64,000 nucleotides of DNA. Source: Candidatus Spongiisociaceae bacterium. Lineage in GTDB: Bacteria; Actinomycetota; Acidimicrobiia; Spongiisociales; Spongiisociaceae. A program made the position numbers and the translations under genes. Every line of letters starts with the position of its first letter. Position 1 is the stretch's first letter. The stretch is from the NCBI GenBank assembly GCA_965219685.1, contig CBDCOH010000002.1, positions 3,168,001 through 3,232,000 of the forward strand. Reading direction: 5' to 3'. This document shows, piece by piece, positions 9,229 to 19,761 of the stretch. A model generated the notes under the pieces. That model was given only the letters and a program-made list of their open reading frames with translations. It was not told the origin of the DNA and did no database searches.

Positions 9229-10482
9229 GTGCGTACTACCACCGTCGTGATCGGGGCCGGGCACACTGGCCTGGCGGTCAGCTACCTCCTCTCCCGGCGC
9301 TCGATCGACCATGTGGTCCTCGAGCGCGGGGAGGTAGCCAACACGTGGCGGACGGAGCGCTGGGACTCCCTGCGCCTCCTGACCCCGAACTGGCAGACCA
9401 GATTGCCCGGCTTCGCCTACGACGGCGACGACCCGGACGGGTTCATGACCATGCCCGAGATCGTCGCCTTCATCGACAGGTACGCCCGGCTGGTGGACCC
9501 GCCCCTCCACACCCTCACCACTGTCACGTCCGTACGGCGAGACGGCGAGGAGTACGAGGTGGTGACCGACCGCGGCGTCTGGTCGTGCCGCTCGGTGGTG
9601 CTGGCCACCGGCGGGTTCAACCTGCCCAAGGTGCCGCCTATCGCCGCGGCGCTCCCGGCCTCGGTCGACTCGGTTACTCCCATCGACTACCGGCGCCCGT
9701 CGGACCTCCGGGAGGGGGGCGTGCTGGTAGTGGGCGTGTCGGCCACCGGAGTGCAACTCGCCGACGAGATCCACCGTTCGGGACGACCGGTGACGGTATC
9801 GGTGGGCGAGCATGTACGGATGCCCCGGGTCTACCGGGGGAAGGACATCCGGTACTGGTTCGAGGCCACCGGCCTCGCCGACGAGCGCTACGACGAGGTC
9901 GACGACGTCCTGAGGGCCCGGACGGTTCCCTCCCCGCAGTTGGTCGGAACGCCGCAGAGGTTGATGCTCGACCTCAATGCCCTGACCGACCAGGGTGTGC
10001 GGATGGTGGGCCGCCTGGCCGGGATCAGGGACGGGAAGGCGCAGTTGTCCGGGTCGCTCCACAACAAGTGCAACCGCTCGGACCTGAAGATGGGTCGGCT
10101 CCTTCTCACGATCGACGAGTGGATCACCGAGAACGGCCTGGACGGCGAGTTCGACCCGCCCCACCGCTTCGACCGGACCCGGGTCGAGAAGTTACCGCCC
10201 CTGGGTCTGGACCTGGCGAGCGGGGAGATCAAGACCGTGGTCTGGGCCACCGGCTACCGGGCGGACTACTCGTGGCTGCATCTGCCGGTCCTCGACTACA
10301 AGGGTCGCCTCCGCCACGACGGAGGGATCGTGACAGAGTCCCCGGGGTTGTACCGGATCGGGCTGAACTTCCTGCGGAGGCGCAAGTCGAGCTTCATCCA
10401 CGGCGCCGAGGACGACGCCCGCGACATAGTCGACCATCTGGCCGCCCACCTGTCGTCGCGCATCCCGGTTCGGACCGCCTAG
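9229..10482 (+). CDS. FAD/NAD(P)-dependent oxidoreductase (flavin-monooxygenase-like)
   Basis: VIGAGHTGLA, WDSLRLLTPNW, ATG, WATGY motifs. Confidence 0.85.
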   Translation: MRTTTVVIGAGHTGLAVSYLLSRRSIDHVVLERGEVANTWRTERWDSLRLLTPNWQTRLPGFAYDGDDPDGFMTMPEIVAFIDRYARLVDPPLHTLTTVTSVRRDGEEYEVVTDRGVWSCRSVVLATGGFNLPKVPPIAAALPASVDSVTPIDYRRPSDLREGGVLVVGVSATGVQLADEIHRSGRPVTVSVGEHVRMPRVYRGKDIRYWFEATGLADERYDEVDDVLRARTVPSPQLVGTPQRLMLDLNALTDQGVRMVGRLAGIRDGKAQLSGSLHNKCNRSDLKMGRLLLTIDEWITENGLDGEFDPPHRFDRTRVEKLPPLGLDLASGEIKTVVWATGYRADYSWLHLPVLDYKGRLRHDGGIVTESPGLYRIGLNFLRRRKSSFIHGAEDDARDIVDHLAAHLSSRIPVRTA

Positions 10483-10495
10483 CCAGCCGCTCACG

Positions 10496-10697
10496 CGAGG
10501 GGGTTGACCCTCCCGGGATCCTGTTGCGCACTGGTACTGGCCGTAATCACCACCGGTCCGCTCCGACGTCACGCGGGCCGTGGCAGGGATCATCACGTCC
10601 GGAGCGATCCTCTCAGGGTACGGAGGTACGCGCTCGGACCCTCGGAGGTGGCGGTGGGAAAGGGCCCTCGGAGGGGGTCAGCCCCCCCGTTTTGCGT
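10496..10697 (+). repeat. Dispersed ~200-bp element family A, copy 1
   Basis: Collinear similarity to 21701-21906 (+) and 36112-36318 (-), e.g. GGGGGTTG.CC, CACCA.CGGTCCG, GGAGGTGGCGGTGGG...GGGCCCTCGG. Confidence 0.75.
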
Positions 10698-10765
10698 TCT
10701 TCGGCAACGGTTCCGCTCGGTGACCAGCAGCCGGGCTTGACGTGTCGCTCTCTACCGAATAGGAG

Positions 10766-11259
10766 CTATGCAAGCTCTTCATCTCTCCCGGCCACGCGGG
10801 TACTCGCGGATGGCAGCTTGGGTGCGTTCGCGCCGCACATGCCGTGAACGCCGGGGCCGGGGAGGTGTGGCCGCCGAGCATTGGTACACGCCGGGAATGC
10901 CCGTCCGGTACGGGTTGAGGAGTGGACCGGGCCGCCCGGCACAGGCGTATAGACCCACAGAGTGTGCCTGCCGGCCGGAGCTCTGCTCCTGTCGAACAGA
11001 CTCTGCTGCCCGACGAGCACGAAGGGTCGTTCGGGAACCCCGCCCGCCTCCACCGTCCGGGTAGCCTCCACTACTTCCGCGTACGTCCCTCTCAGGTGGA
11101 GCGGAATCCCGGAAGTGTGACCTCATCTGTGCGGGTTCCCCCGCCGACGGTGCTGCGTGCCTCGAGCACCGCCACTCTGTATCCGTGCTCCGCGAAGACC
11201 ACCGCCGCCGCCAGGCCGTTGGGTCCCGACCCGACAACCACGGCATCGTACGAGCCCAT
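10766..11259 (-). pseudogene. Internally deleted, frameshifted phytoene-dehydrogenase-like FAD oxidoreductase
   Basis: N-terminal [30 protein letters not shown] then stop; C-terminal pieces ERPFVLVGQQSLFDRSRAP, PYRTGIPGVYQCSAATPP and GVHGMCG lie in alternating frames within ~500 bp. Confidence 0.85.
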
Positions 11260-11261
11260 CG

Positions 11262-12641
11262 TCAGTGGGCCGGACCCCCCTCCGCCCGCGACGGCTCCCC
11301 GGTCTCGGGCGCGGTACGCAGCACCAGGTAGCCGAGTACCCCGGCGATGATCGAGCCTAGGAAGATACCGATCTTGGACAGGTCGATGGTGAGGTGATCC
11401 GTGTAGGCCAACTCCGCGATGAACAGCGCCACCGTGAACCCGATGCCCGCCAGCATGGCGGTACCGGTCATATGCCGCCATCCGACACCGGAAGGAAGTC
11501 GACCCAACCCGAGTTTGACCACCAGCCAGCCGAATCCGGTGACCCCAACCGTCTTGCCCACCACCAGGCCGACGGCCACGCCCAGCGCGACGTCGGACGT
11601 GATGGCTTCGCCCAGGTCTATCCCGGCAAAAGACACGCCTGCATTTGCCAGGGCGAAGATGGGAACGATGACGAAAGCGCTCCAACCGTGTAGCAGGTGC
11701 TCGAGGCGGGAAAGCGGGGCGATGGACTCCCTGGCTACGTCGGACAGCAACCGGGCCTCGTACTCGACCTTCTCACGGAAGTACGGCTCGGGCGAGTCGG
11801 CCGGGAAGATCTCGACGATACGGCGAGCGGCCCGATCGAACTCCTTGGCGTCGTAGAGGGGTCGGGACGGGGTGATGAAACCGAGTATGACCCCGGCGAT
11901 GGTGGCATGGACACCCGACTCGAGGAAGCCGAACCAGGCGATCAGCCCCATCGGCACATAGAACATGTACGAGCGGATGTTGACCCGCGCGCCGATGGCG
12001 ATCAGGCCGAGCGTGCCGATCCCCAGCCCCAGGTAACCCAAGCTGAGATCAGAGGTGTAGAAGATGGCGATGACGGCGATGGCCCCGATGTCGTCGGCGA
12101 CGGCCACCGCTAGCAGGAATAGGCGAACGCCCACCGGTGCCCGGGAACCGACCAGCGCCAGGACACCGAGTGAAAAGGCAATGTCCGTCGCCATCGGCAC
12201 TCCCCACCCGCGGAGGGCGGCTGCATCGCCGGCATTGAACGCCACGTAGATCAGGGCCGGGACGACCATTCCGCCCAGAGCGGCGAACACCGGGAGGGCG
12301 GCCTTGCGCGGGTCCCGGAGCTCCCCCAGCACCAGTTCCCTCTTGATCTCGAGTCCTACCACCAGGAAGAAGATCGTCATCAACCCGTCGTTGACCAGGT
12401 GTTTCAGGTCCTCCTGCAAGTGGACCGGGCCGAGAGACAGATCCAGGTGGAGGTCGTGCCAGAAGGTGTGGTAGGAATCCCCGAAAACCGAGAGGTTGGC
12501 CCAGAGCATTGCGATCACCGCGGCTATCACCAGAACGATCCCCGAGGCGGCGGACCGATGGGTCAGTTCCAAGGCCGGGCGGACGAACTTGCTCGGTATG
12601 AACCGGTCGGAGGAAATCCAGTTCTTCTTTTCGGATGTCAC
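11262..12641 (-). CDS. nhaA: Na+/H+ antiporter NhaA
   Basis: [43 protein letters not shown]. Confidence 0.95.
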   Translation of the reverse strand: MTSEKKNWISSDRFIPSKFVRPALELTHRSAASGIVLVIAAVIAMLWANLSVFGDSYHTFWHDLHLDLSLGPVHLQEDLKHLVNDGLMTIFFLVVGLEIKRELVLGELRDPRKAALPVFAALGGMVVPALIYVAFNAGDAAALRGWGVPMATDIAFSLGVLALVGSRAPVGVRLFLLAVAVADDIGAIAVIAIFYTSDLSLGYLGLGIGTLGLIAIGARVNIRSYMFYVPMGLIAWFGFLESGVHATIAGVILGFITPSRPLYDAKEFDRAARRIVEIFPADSPEPYFREKVEYEARLLSDVARESIAPLSRLEHLLHGWSAFVIVPIFALANAGVSFAGIDLGEAITSDVALGVAVGLVVGKTVGVTGFGWLVVKLGLGRLPSGVGWRHMTGTAMLAGIGFTVALFIAELAYTDHLTIDLSKIGIFLGSIIAGVLGYLVLRTAPETGEPSRAEGGPAH

Positions 12642-12734
12642 AGCCCGGCGAGACTAGCAAGCCCAGGATTACGACCGGCGAACCGGCGGTTTTCCGACTC
12701 TCTGTTGCAACCAGATCTGGTTAGCGTCCTCGAC

Positions 12735-13151
12735 ATGGCCGGACTGGTTAGGAATAGGGCTCTGCGGGTCTTGTTGATGGGACTCGGCCTGATCTTTGTG
12801 GGGATCGGGTTCGTGGGTGCCTTCGTTCCTCTCATCCCGACGACAGGACCAGTCCTGCTGGCCGCTTTCCTGTTCTCGATCTCGTCAGAGCGCTTCGATC
12901 AGTGGTTGACGAACCACCGCATATTCGGTCCGGTCGTGCGGGACTGGCGAGCCGGACGAGGATTCACTATGCGTCTCAAGATGATCGCCGTGGTAGCCAT
13001 TGCAGTCACGTTCACCATCACAGTCGGCTTCGCGATCGACAGCACGGTGGTCCGGGTCCTGCTGATCGGGTTGGCGGTCGGCCTAGTCGTCTACATACTG
13101 CAGTTGCCCACCAAGCACCCCGAGTCCGCAGTTGTAGCCGGTGATCAGTAG
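12735..13151 (+). CDS. YbaN/DUF454-family inner membrane protein
   Basis: G.VGAFVPLIPTT..LLAA...SSERF..WL.NH..FGP...W; TAGCGT 7 nt before the ATG. Confidence 0.85.
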   Translation: MAGLVRNRALRVLLMGLGLIFVGIGFVGAFVPLIPTTGPVLLAAFLFSISSERFDQWLTNHRIFGPVVRDWRAGRGFTMRLKMIAVVAIAVTFTITVGFAIDSTVVRVLLIGLAVGLVVYILQLPTKHPESAVVAGDQ

Positions 13152-13206
13152 CCGGTTGCCGGTTGCCAGTTGCCAGTTGCCAGTTGCCAGTTGCCAGTTG
13201 CCAGTT
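13151..13206. repeat. Tandem heptamer array (GCCRGTT)x8
   Basis: 2x GCCGGTT + 6x GCCAGTT starting at the last base of the upstream stop codon. Confidence 0.97.
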
Positions 13207-13278
13207 GCGCCGGTGAACGGCTACCAGACCGGGGCCGTTGCGGCCCAGGCCCAACTCGTCAAGCGACTACCCTAAACA

Positions 13279-13327
13279 GTCACTCACCACTCACCACTCA
13301 CCACTCACCACTCACCACTCACCACTC
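13279..13327. repeat. Tandem heptamer array (ACCACTC)x6 plus one variant unit
   Basis: Read directly; ends 1 bp from the permease stop codon; same unit as 1410-1479. Confidence 0.97.
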
Positions 13328-13328
13328 A

Positions 13329-15971
13329 CTAAAAGTGAGCTATCGCCTCGATCACGTTGAGCTTGGCAGCGCGCCGGGCCGGGAAAACCGCGAATACGAC
13401 TCCTAGTACGCCGGTAGCCACCAACCAGAACACCAGGCTCCCGAGAATCCCGCCAACGGTGGCGGAACTCGGCAACCAGGGAATCACGAAGTTCGAGAAC
13501 CCGAGATCCGCCAGAGCTCTGATAAGGGCCCAGCCGAAGAATATCCCGAGGCCGATGCCCATGAGGGCGCCGAACACCGAGACGATCGACGCCTCGGATC
13601 GGACCATCCACCTGGTGGTCCGGCGATCCAGCCCCACGGCGCGGAGGAGCCCGATCTCGCGGGTCCGTTCGAACACCGAGAGGGCCATGGTGTTGGTCAC
13701 GCCCAGCATCCCGATGACCACCGCCAATGCCAGCAGGGCCAGAATGAAGTTGAGCAACCCGTTCAGCTGGGCCTCGGCCTCGCTCTGCAGGTCCTCGAAG
13801 GTCTGAACCGCTATGTTCGGATAGTCGGCGAGCAGAGGCTCGATGGCGGCTTTGAGTTCGTCGGCGCCGGCACCTTCGGCCGCCTTCACGTATACCTGAG
13901 CGTGTTGGTCTATCCCGTAGGCCGATATCCAGTCAGCAGCCGGAATGGCGATGATTCCGGCCCACGCGCGACCCTCGGCAATTCCAACCAGGGTGAAGGC
14001 ACGCCGACCGGTCTGTTCGAACTCGATGACCAACGAGTCGCCCAACACGTATCCGGCGTCCTCCGCGATGGCTGCGTCGATGATGAGCTCGCCAGGGCCC
14101 GGACGGAGCGTCCCCTGGAACGAGTCGGGCGGGATGAAGTCGGCGAGGTTGGGCTCGGCGCCGGTTATGAACGTCTCGAGGACGTCGGCCTGGGTTTCCC
14201 CGTCCGAGATCTCGGTCTCGGAGACGATCATTCCCCATCCCGCCTGGATCCGGGTCAGGTCCTCGACCCCATCCAGCTGTTCGACCCGATCCGCGATCTC
14301 GGATGTGAACCCTTGGGTCGGATCACCGAACTGCCCGCCCGGACGGACTATGACCTCCGCATCCACATCGTTGGCCAGCACGTCGTCGATTGTTCCACGA
14401 ATGGACCCGGTGAGGGTCGATGCCAGCGCGACCAGCGTGATGCTGATCATCACCGCGGCTGCGGTGGCCGCGGTCCGTCGGGGGCTTCGCATGGCGTTGC
14501 GCCTGGCCAGCTTGCCCGAAGTCCCCGTCAGACGCTCAAGGAGCATTCCGATCAGGTTGGTGACCGGTCGGGCAGCCAGCGGGCTGAGGACGAAGATGCC
14601 CAGGAAGATCACCGCAGTCCCGACCCCGACATACACGACGGGGCTCGGTCCTGAACCGGTGTCCCCGTACAACCCGAAGAAGAGCGCCGCCAGCCCGACA
14701 CCGGAGATCCCAGTGCCGAGGAGGGTGCGCCGGAGGATCCCGGCCTGTTGCGGGCCGGCGGCGTCCTCTCGGAGGGCGGCCATCACCGAGACCTTCGAAG
14801 CGCGCCGGGCAGGGACCACGGCGGCGACCAGGGTGATCCCCAGCCCCGCCGCCAGGCCGACCAGCACGGTGCGGGGTTTGATGTCCAGCGACGCCGTAGG
14901 CAGCTCGATGCCCACCGCGGGCAGTATCTGCTGGAGGCCGAAGGCGATCATCACGCCGAAGGCGATCCCGAGCACGGCTCCGAGGGTGCCGATGATCGCA
15001 GCCTCGAGCAGGACGATCACCCGAACCTGGCGCCCCGCGGCTCCCAGAGCCCGGAGCAGGGCCAGTTCCTTCGTTCGCTGGCTCACCACGATCCTAAAGG
15101 TGTTGTAAATCAGGAATGAGCCGACGAACAGGGCGACCCAACCGAACACCGACAGGAAAATGGTGAAGAACGAGAGGGCGGCCTGGATGTCGGCGGCCTC
15201 CTCCTCGGCCGCGTCCTGGCCGGATACCACCGTGGCATGGTCGGGTAGCAGGGCCTCGATTCGGGCGATCACATCGTCCACCGGGGTTCCCGGAGTGACC
15301 TGCACCGATCCTCCCGACAGCTTGCCGGGACGCTGCAGGAGGGCTTGGGTGGTGGGAAGGTCGAAGAACACCCACTTGGTGCCTCCAAGACTGTCCTGCT
15401 CGCCGAACACGGCGACTCCGGCGAGCGTCAGTTCCAGCCGGCCCTCCAGATCGGAGATCACCGTCACCGGATCGCCGATCTCGAAGCCGCCCAGGTCCGC
15501 CGTGCCGCGGTCCAAGGCCACCTGGTCCTTCCCAGCGGGATAAGCCCCTTCGACGATAGTGAACTCGCCCGGGTTGTCGGAGGAGCCCGTTTCCGAGGGT
15601 TCCGAGAGGCTGGACACGAATGTGGGAGGCCCCGGACCGCCGGCGAGCATCTCCCCGTCCGTGTCCAGGATGGTCACTCCCAGGCCTGCCAGGAAAGGAA
15701 AGACCTCCTCGACCCCGTCGACACCCTCGATCAGCTCGAACTCCGACTCGTCGAGGTAGGTGCCCTCACCGAGGGAAAAGTCGGACTCGGTGCCGACCAC
15801 GATGTCGATCCCTCTATAGACATCGGCGAAGATCCCGTCGAAGGCCTTCCCGATGGTGTCGGTGTACACGTAGACACCGCTGATCAGACCGACCCCGAGG
15901 ATGATCGCCAGTCCGGTCAGGAGAAGACGGACCTTGTGGGCCCATACGCCTTTGAGGGAGACCCGGAGCAT
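13329..15971 (-). CDS. FtsX/MacB-type ABC transporter permease (duplicated domain)
   Basis: NTFRIVVSQRTKELALLRALGA and NTMALSVFERTREIGLLRAVG motifs, many TM helices. Confidence 0.92.
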   Translation of the reverse strand: MLRVSLKGVWAHKVRLLLTGLAIILGVGLISGVYVYTDTIGKAFDGIFADVYRGIDIVVGTESDFSLGEGTYLDESEFELIEGVDGVEEVFPFLAGLGVTILDTDGEMLAGGPGPPTFVSSLSEPSETGSSDNPGEFTIVEGAYPAGKDQVALDRGTADLGGFEIGDPVTVISDLEGRLELTLAGVAVFGEQDSLGGTKWVFFDLPTTQALLQRPGKLSGGSVQVTPGTPVDDVIARIEALLPDHATVVSGQDAAEEEAADIQAALSFFTIFLSVFGWVALFVGSFLIYNTFRIVVSQRTKELALLRALGAAGRQVRVIVLLEAAIIGTLGAVLGIAFGVMIAFGLQQILPAVGIELPTASLDIKPRTVLVGLAAGLGITLVAAVVPARRASKVSVMAALREDAAGPQQAGILRRTLLGTGISGVGLAALFFGLYGDTGSGPSPVVYVGVGTAVIFLGIFVLSPLAARPVTNLIGMLLERLTGTSGKLARRNAMRSPRRTAATAAAVMISITLVALASTLTGSIRGTIDDVLANDVDAEVIVRPGGQFGDPTQGFTSEIADRVEQLDGVEDLTRIQAGWGMIVSETEISDGETQADVLETFITGAEPNLADFIPPDSFQGTLRPGPGELIIDAAIAEDAGYVLGDSLVIEFEQTGRRAFTLVGIAEGRAWAGIIAIPAADWISAYGIDQHAQVYVKAAEGAGADELKAAIEPLLADYPNIAVQTFEDLQSEAEAQLNGLLNFILALLALAVVIGMLGVTNTMALSVFERTREIGLLRAVGLDRRTTRWMVRSEASIVSVFGALMGIGLGIFFGWALIRALADLGFSNFVIPWLPSSATVGGILGSLVFWLVATGVLGVVFAVFPARRAAKLNVIEAIAHF

Positions 15972-16702
15972 CAGCGCTCCAGTTTCTTGATGCGGTCGAG
16001 CACGCGGTCGGGGGTCGGGTCAACCATGGTGTCAACCACCCGTCCGTCGGCCAGGAACACGATCCGGTCGGCGTAGCTGGCGGCCACCGGGTCGTGGGTC
16101 ACCATGACGATGGTCTGGCCATGATCTCTCACCGCGCTCTGGAGGAACTCGAGCAACTCGGCACTGGCGACCGAGTCGAGGTTTCCGGTCGGCTCATCGG
16201 CGAAAATAATGTCGGGTCGGGAGGCCATCGCCCGGGCCGCGGCTACGCGCTGCTGCTGGCCGCCCGAGAGTTCGGTGGGTCGGTGCGCCAGCCGCTCCGA
16301 CAGGTCGAGGGTCCCGACGACCTCCTCGAACCACGCGGGGTCCGCCTTGCGGCCGGCAAGGTCGAGGGGAAGGGTGATGTTCTCCCGAGCGGAAAGGGTG
16401 GGGACCAGGTTGAAGGCCTGGAATATGAACCCGATGCGCTCCCGCCGGAGCTTCGTGAGCTGCTTGTCGCTCATAGCCGAGAGGTCCTCGTCCCCGACGT
16501 AGACCGTGCCATTGGTCACTTCGTCGAGTCCGGCCATGCAATGCATCAGCGTCGACTTACCTGAGCCGGACGGCCCCATGACCGCCGTGAACCGCCCGCG
16601 GTCGAAGGACACGGTCAACTCGTCGAGGGCCTTGACCCTGGTGTCACCCCATCCGTACACCTTCGTGATGCCCTCAGCCCGGGCCGCGGCGTGGTTCATC
16701 AT
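15971..16702 (-). CDS. ABC transporter ATP-binding protein (LolD/SalX type)
   Basis: [30 protein letters not shown]; start after GAAAGGA. Confidence 0.93.
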   Translation of the reverse strand: MMNHAAARAEGITKVYGWGDTRVKALDELTVSFDRGRFTAVMGPSGSGKSTLMHCMAGLDEVTNGTVYVGDEDLSAMSDKQLTKLRRERIGFIFQAFNLVPTLSARENITLPLDLAGRKADPAWFEEVVGTLDLSERLAHRPTELSGGQQQRVAAARAMASRPDIIFADEPTGNLDSVASAELLEFLQSAVRDHGQTIVMVTHDPVAASYADRIVFLADGRVVDTMVDPTPDRVLDRIKKLER

Positions 16703-17005
16703 GGAGGTTCCTTTCGGGGAGTCACTACGTCGACCGGCGCATCCGAACGAACTGGTCCCGGTACAGCCTTCACTGTCCCTCATGGCGGGCAGCATGTCTA
16801 TGGGGGATCACCCTGCCAGACCCCTGACCACATCCCGGGGATGCGGGGAGACCCCGACCTGACCATAATCATCCGCCATTGCTAAGCAACACCGCCGAGA
16901 GCGACCGGCGGGACAACCCGCCGCGGCGCCCGACGGATGGAGGCCGAGCCTTGCCCGATCCAGAGGGTTCTCGCCTGCGGCTGGATGGTTATCCTGCCCG
17001 TCACG

Positions 17006-17665
17006 ATGCGCCTGGTGATCGCAAGCTGTTCCGTTGACTATCGAGGCCGTCTCACCGCGCACCTCCCGGCTGCCACCCGTCTCATCATGGTCAAGGCGGA
17101 CGGGTGCGTGGCGATCCACGCCGACGGCGGCGCCTACAAACCGCTCAACTGGATGAATGCCCCCAACACGCTGGTGGAGGATGATGGCCGCTGGCTTGTG
17201 ACCAACCCGAAGGGCGAGCAGCTTGACATCCGTATCGACGAGATCATCTCCGACACCCGGTACGAACTGGGAGTCGATCCCGGTCTGGAGAAGGACGGCG
17301 TGGAGTCGCACCTGCAGGAATTGCTAGCCGCCAAACCGCGCGTCCTCGAGGAGGGACTCGAGTTGGTCCGCAGGGAGTACCCCACCGACATCGGGCCCGT
17401 GGACCTCCTGTGCCGCTCACCGGACGGGGACACGGTGGCGGTGGAGGTCAAGCGGAAAGGCGAGCTCGACGGGGTGGAGCAACTGACGCGCTACCTCGAT
17501 CGGCTGGGGAACGATTCCCGCCTCCATCCCCTGCGCGGGATCCTGGCCGCGGTGGCCATCACCCCGCAGGCAAGGGTGCTGGCGGGTGCCCGGGGAATCC
17601 GCTGTGTTGAGGTCGACTACGAGGAGTTGCGCGGTATCCCCTCCAACAATCTCCGGCTATTCTAG
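17006..17665 (+). CDS. nucS: Mismatch-specific endonuclease NucS/EndoMS
   Basis: MRLVIA.CSVDY.GRL.AHLP, YKPLNWM, KDGVE.HLQELLA, REYPT.IGPVD, VEVKR, QLTRY. Confidence 0.95.
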   Translation: MRLVIASCSVDYRGRLTAHLPAATRLIMVKADGCVAIHADGGAYKPLNWMNAPNTLVEDDGRWLVTNPKGEQLDIRIDEIISDTRYELGVDPGLEKDGVESHLQELLAAKPRVLEEGLELVRREYPTDIGPVDLLCRSPDGDTVAVEVKRKGELDGVEQLTRYLDRLGNDSRLHPLRGILAAVAITPQARVLAGARGIRCVEVDYEELRGIPSNNLRLF

Positions 17666-17697
17666 TGGTTAGTTATTAGTTGTTAGTCTTTAGTTGG
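17663..17697. repeat. Degenerate heptamer array (TAGTNNN)x5 beginning with the nucS stop codon
   Basis: TAGTGGT TAGTTAT TAGTTGT TAGTCTT TAGTTGG. Confidence 0.85.
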
Positions 17698-17879
17698 TGA
17701 TCGGTGGTTAGCGTTAGATCGGGTCTCTTCCCGGGCTTGCCGCCGCTGCTCGGGTTCGCGGCCGCCCCGGTGGGGGCTTTCGCAAGGTAGAAGAAGACGG
17801 GATTCGAGGCAAGCGACAGATGCACACGAGTAACAGATGTGTTGTACATCGTTGTGTACCAATAGTACAGCGCAGCCGC
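17677..17879 (-). repeat. Dispersed ~200-bp element family B, copy 1
   Basis: Reverse complement matches 37691-37896: 43/46 identical at the heptamer end and a second conserved block ACACAA..ATG..CAACACA.CTGT.ACTCG..TGCATC. Confidence 0.85.
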
Positions 17880-17920
17880 TCCCGGTCGATCCCTTGCAAC
17901 AACCCCTCTAGGAGGGCGCC

Positions 17921-18385
17921 ATGTTCCAGGTAGTCCTGTATCGCCCTGAGATACCTCCCAACACCGGCAACGTCATCCGTCTGTGCGCCAACACGGGGAC
18001 GGCCCTCCACCTGGTCCGCCCTCTCGGGTTCTCGATGGACGACGCCCGGCTGCGCAGGGCCGGCCTCGACTACCGGGAGTACGCCGACGTCGAGGAACAC
18101 TCCAGCTTCGGCGCGTATCTGGAGGCTGGGCTACCTGACCGGCTCTTCGCGTTGTCGGGTTCGGGATCGAGGTGGTACGCGGACCGGAGCTTCCGGCGCG
18201 GGGACGCGTTCCTGTTCGGACCGGAGAGCGAGGGTCTGGACGATCACCTGCTCGACCATCGGGCCGTGACCGACGTCCTCCGCATACCGATGCTCCCCGA
18301 GCGCCGGAGCCTCAACCTGGCGAACTCGGTGGCCATCGTCCTGTTCGAGGCTTGGCGCCAACTCGGCTTCCCAGACGGGGTGTGA
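17921..18385 (+). CDS. trmL: tRNA (cytidine/uridine-34 2'-O)-methyltransferase TrmL (SPOUT)
   Basis: PEIPPNTGN..R.C, LRRAGLDY, FGPESEGL, RSLNLANS. Confidence 0.92.
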   Translation: MFQVVLYRPEIPPNTGNVIRLCANTGTALHLVRPLGFSMDDARLRRAGLDYREYADVEEHSSFGAYLEAGLPDRLFALSGSGSRWYADRSFRRGDAFLFGPESEGLDDHLLDHRAVTDVLRIPMLPERRSLNLANSVAIVLFEAWRQLGFPDGV

Positions 18386-18417
18386 GAGGACGGGTCCCTC
18401 CGCCCGCTCCGGGCTGT

Positions 18418-19755
18418 TCAGCCGGCCATGAGCCTCAGAGCCACCGCTTCGGCCAGCGTGCTCCGGTGGAGTTCTCCCAGGTCGAGGCTCTCGTTCGGTC
18501 CGTGGATGTGGCTGGCCGGGTCAGAGGCGCCGGTGAGCAGCAGATCCGCCTCCGGATAGGCCTCTGAGAAGGCCTGCACGAACGGGATCGATCCGCCCAC
18601 GCCCTTGTCGACAGGGTCCATGCCGTAGGCCTCCCGGAACCCGGCCCGGAAGGCGTCGTAGGCGGGCCCGGTGGTGTCCAGCGACACGGGATGGGCGATG
18701 GCGCCCGGTGACATGTCGACGCTCGCGCCCCAAGGTACCGACGCTCTCAGATGGGTCAGGAGAGCCTCCATCGCCCGATCCGGGTCATCCCCCGGGGCCA
18801 GGCGGAGCGAGACCTTGGCCCGGGCCGACGGCACCAGCTGGTTGATGGGCTGGGACACCGGAGGAGCATCGACGGCCAGTATCGAGACGGCGGGACCCAG
18901 CCACAGCCGCTCCGTTATCGAGCCCTCGCCGATCATCTCCACCCCAGCCAGGACCCCTGCCTGGGCGCGTGCTGACACCTCGTCGAGTTCGATGGGCGAA
19001 CACCCTCCCCGCGCCAATCCGGGCACCGCCACCCGGCCCCGGTCGTCGTGCAGCGTGGCCAGGGCGCGCACCAGCACCGACAGGGCATCCGGGAACACCC
19101 CGCCCCACATCCCCGAGTGGACGCCGGCCTCGAGCGTGCGAACCTCGATGACGCAGTCGACCAGGCCCCGGAGCGACGTGGTGAGGGCCGGGACCCCGAC
19201 ATTCCAGTTGCCGGCGTCGGCCACCACGATCGCATCCGCCGCCAGGAGATCCCGGTGGGCGGCCAGGAACCCCTCAAGGTGGACGGACCCTACTTCCTCC
19301 TCGCCCTCGAGGAGGACCTTGACCCCGACCGGCGGCTGCCCCTCGAAGGCGCGAACCGCGCCCGTATGGACAACGATCCCGGACTTGTCATCGGCGCTGC
19401 CCCGGCCGTACAGACGACCGGCGACCTCGACCGGTTCGAACGGCGGCGTCCTCCACAGTCCCTCCGGCCCGGGCGGCTGGACATCGTAGTGGGCATAGAG
19501 GAGAACGGTGGGCGCACCGGTCGATGGAGGTGGTATCTCCCCGTAGACGGCGGGATGGGCGTCGCCGACTTCGAGGAGTCGAACCTCCCGGAGTCCGGCC
19601 CGCTCCAGCTGGGCCGCCGAAACCATGGCGCAGCGGCGTACCGCGGCCGGGTCGAACCCGACCGCGCTCACCGAGTCGATCCGGACCAACTCCTCCAGGT
19701 CGGCCCGCATGACAGGCCGCAGGCCTTCTACTGCGGATGCGAGATCGTCGAACAT
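18418..19755 (-). CDS. M20/M25/M40-family metallo-dipeptidase
   Basis: LLYAHYDVQP, GRGSADDK, EGEEEVGS, HSG, GGSIP, HGPNES. Confidence 0.9.
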   Translation of the reverse strand: MFDDLASAVEGLRPVMRADLEELVRIDSVSAVGFDPAAVRRCAMVSAAQLERAGLREVRLLEVGDAHPAVYGEIPPPSTGAPTVLLYAHYDVQPPGPEGLWRTPPFEPVEVAGRLYGRGSADDKSGIVVHTGAVRAFEGQPPVGVKVLLEGEEEVGSVHLEGFLAAHRDLLAADAIVVADAGNWNVGVPALTTSLRGLVDCVIEVRTLEAGVHSGMWGGVFPDALSVLVRALATLHDDRGRVAVPGLARGGCSPIELDEVSARAQAGVLAGVEMIGEGSITERLWLGPAVSILAVDAPPVSQPINQLVPSARAKVSLRLAPGDDPDRAMEALLTHLRASVPWGASVDMSPGAIAHPVSLDTTGPAYDAFRAGFREAYGMDPVDKGVGGSIPFVQAFSEAYPEADLLLTGASDPASHIHGPNESLDLGELHRSTLAEAVALRLMAG

Positions 19756-19761
19756 CGCCTC

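Noticed and set aside
16800-16862. Imperfect GGGG..CCCC palindromes upstream of the ABC exporter as operators
   Set aside because: Too degenerate for GC-rich DNA and no regulator gene nearby
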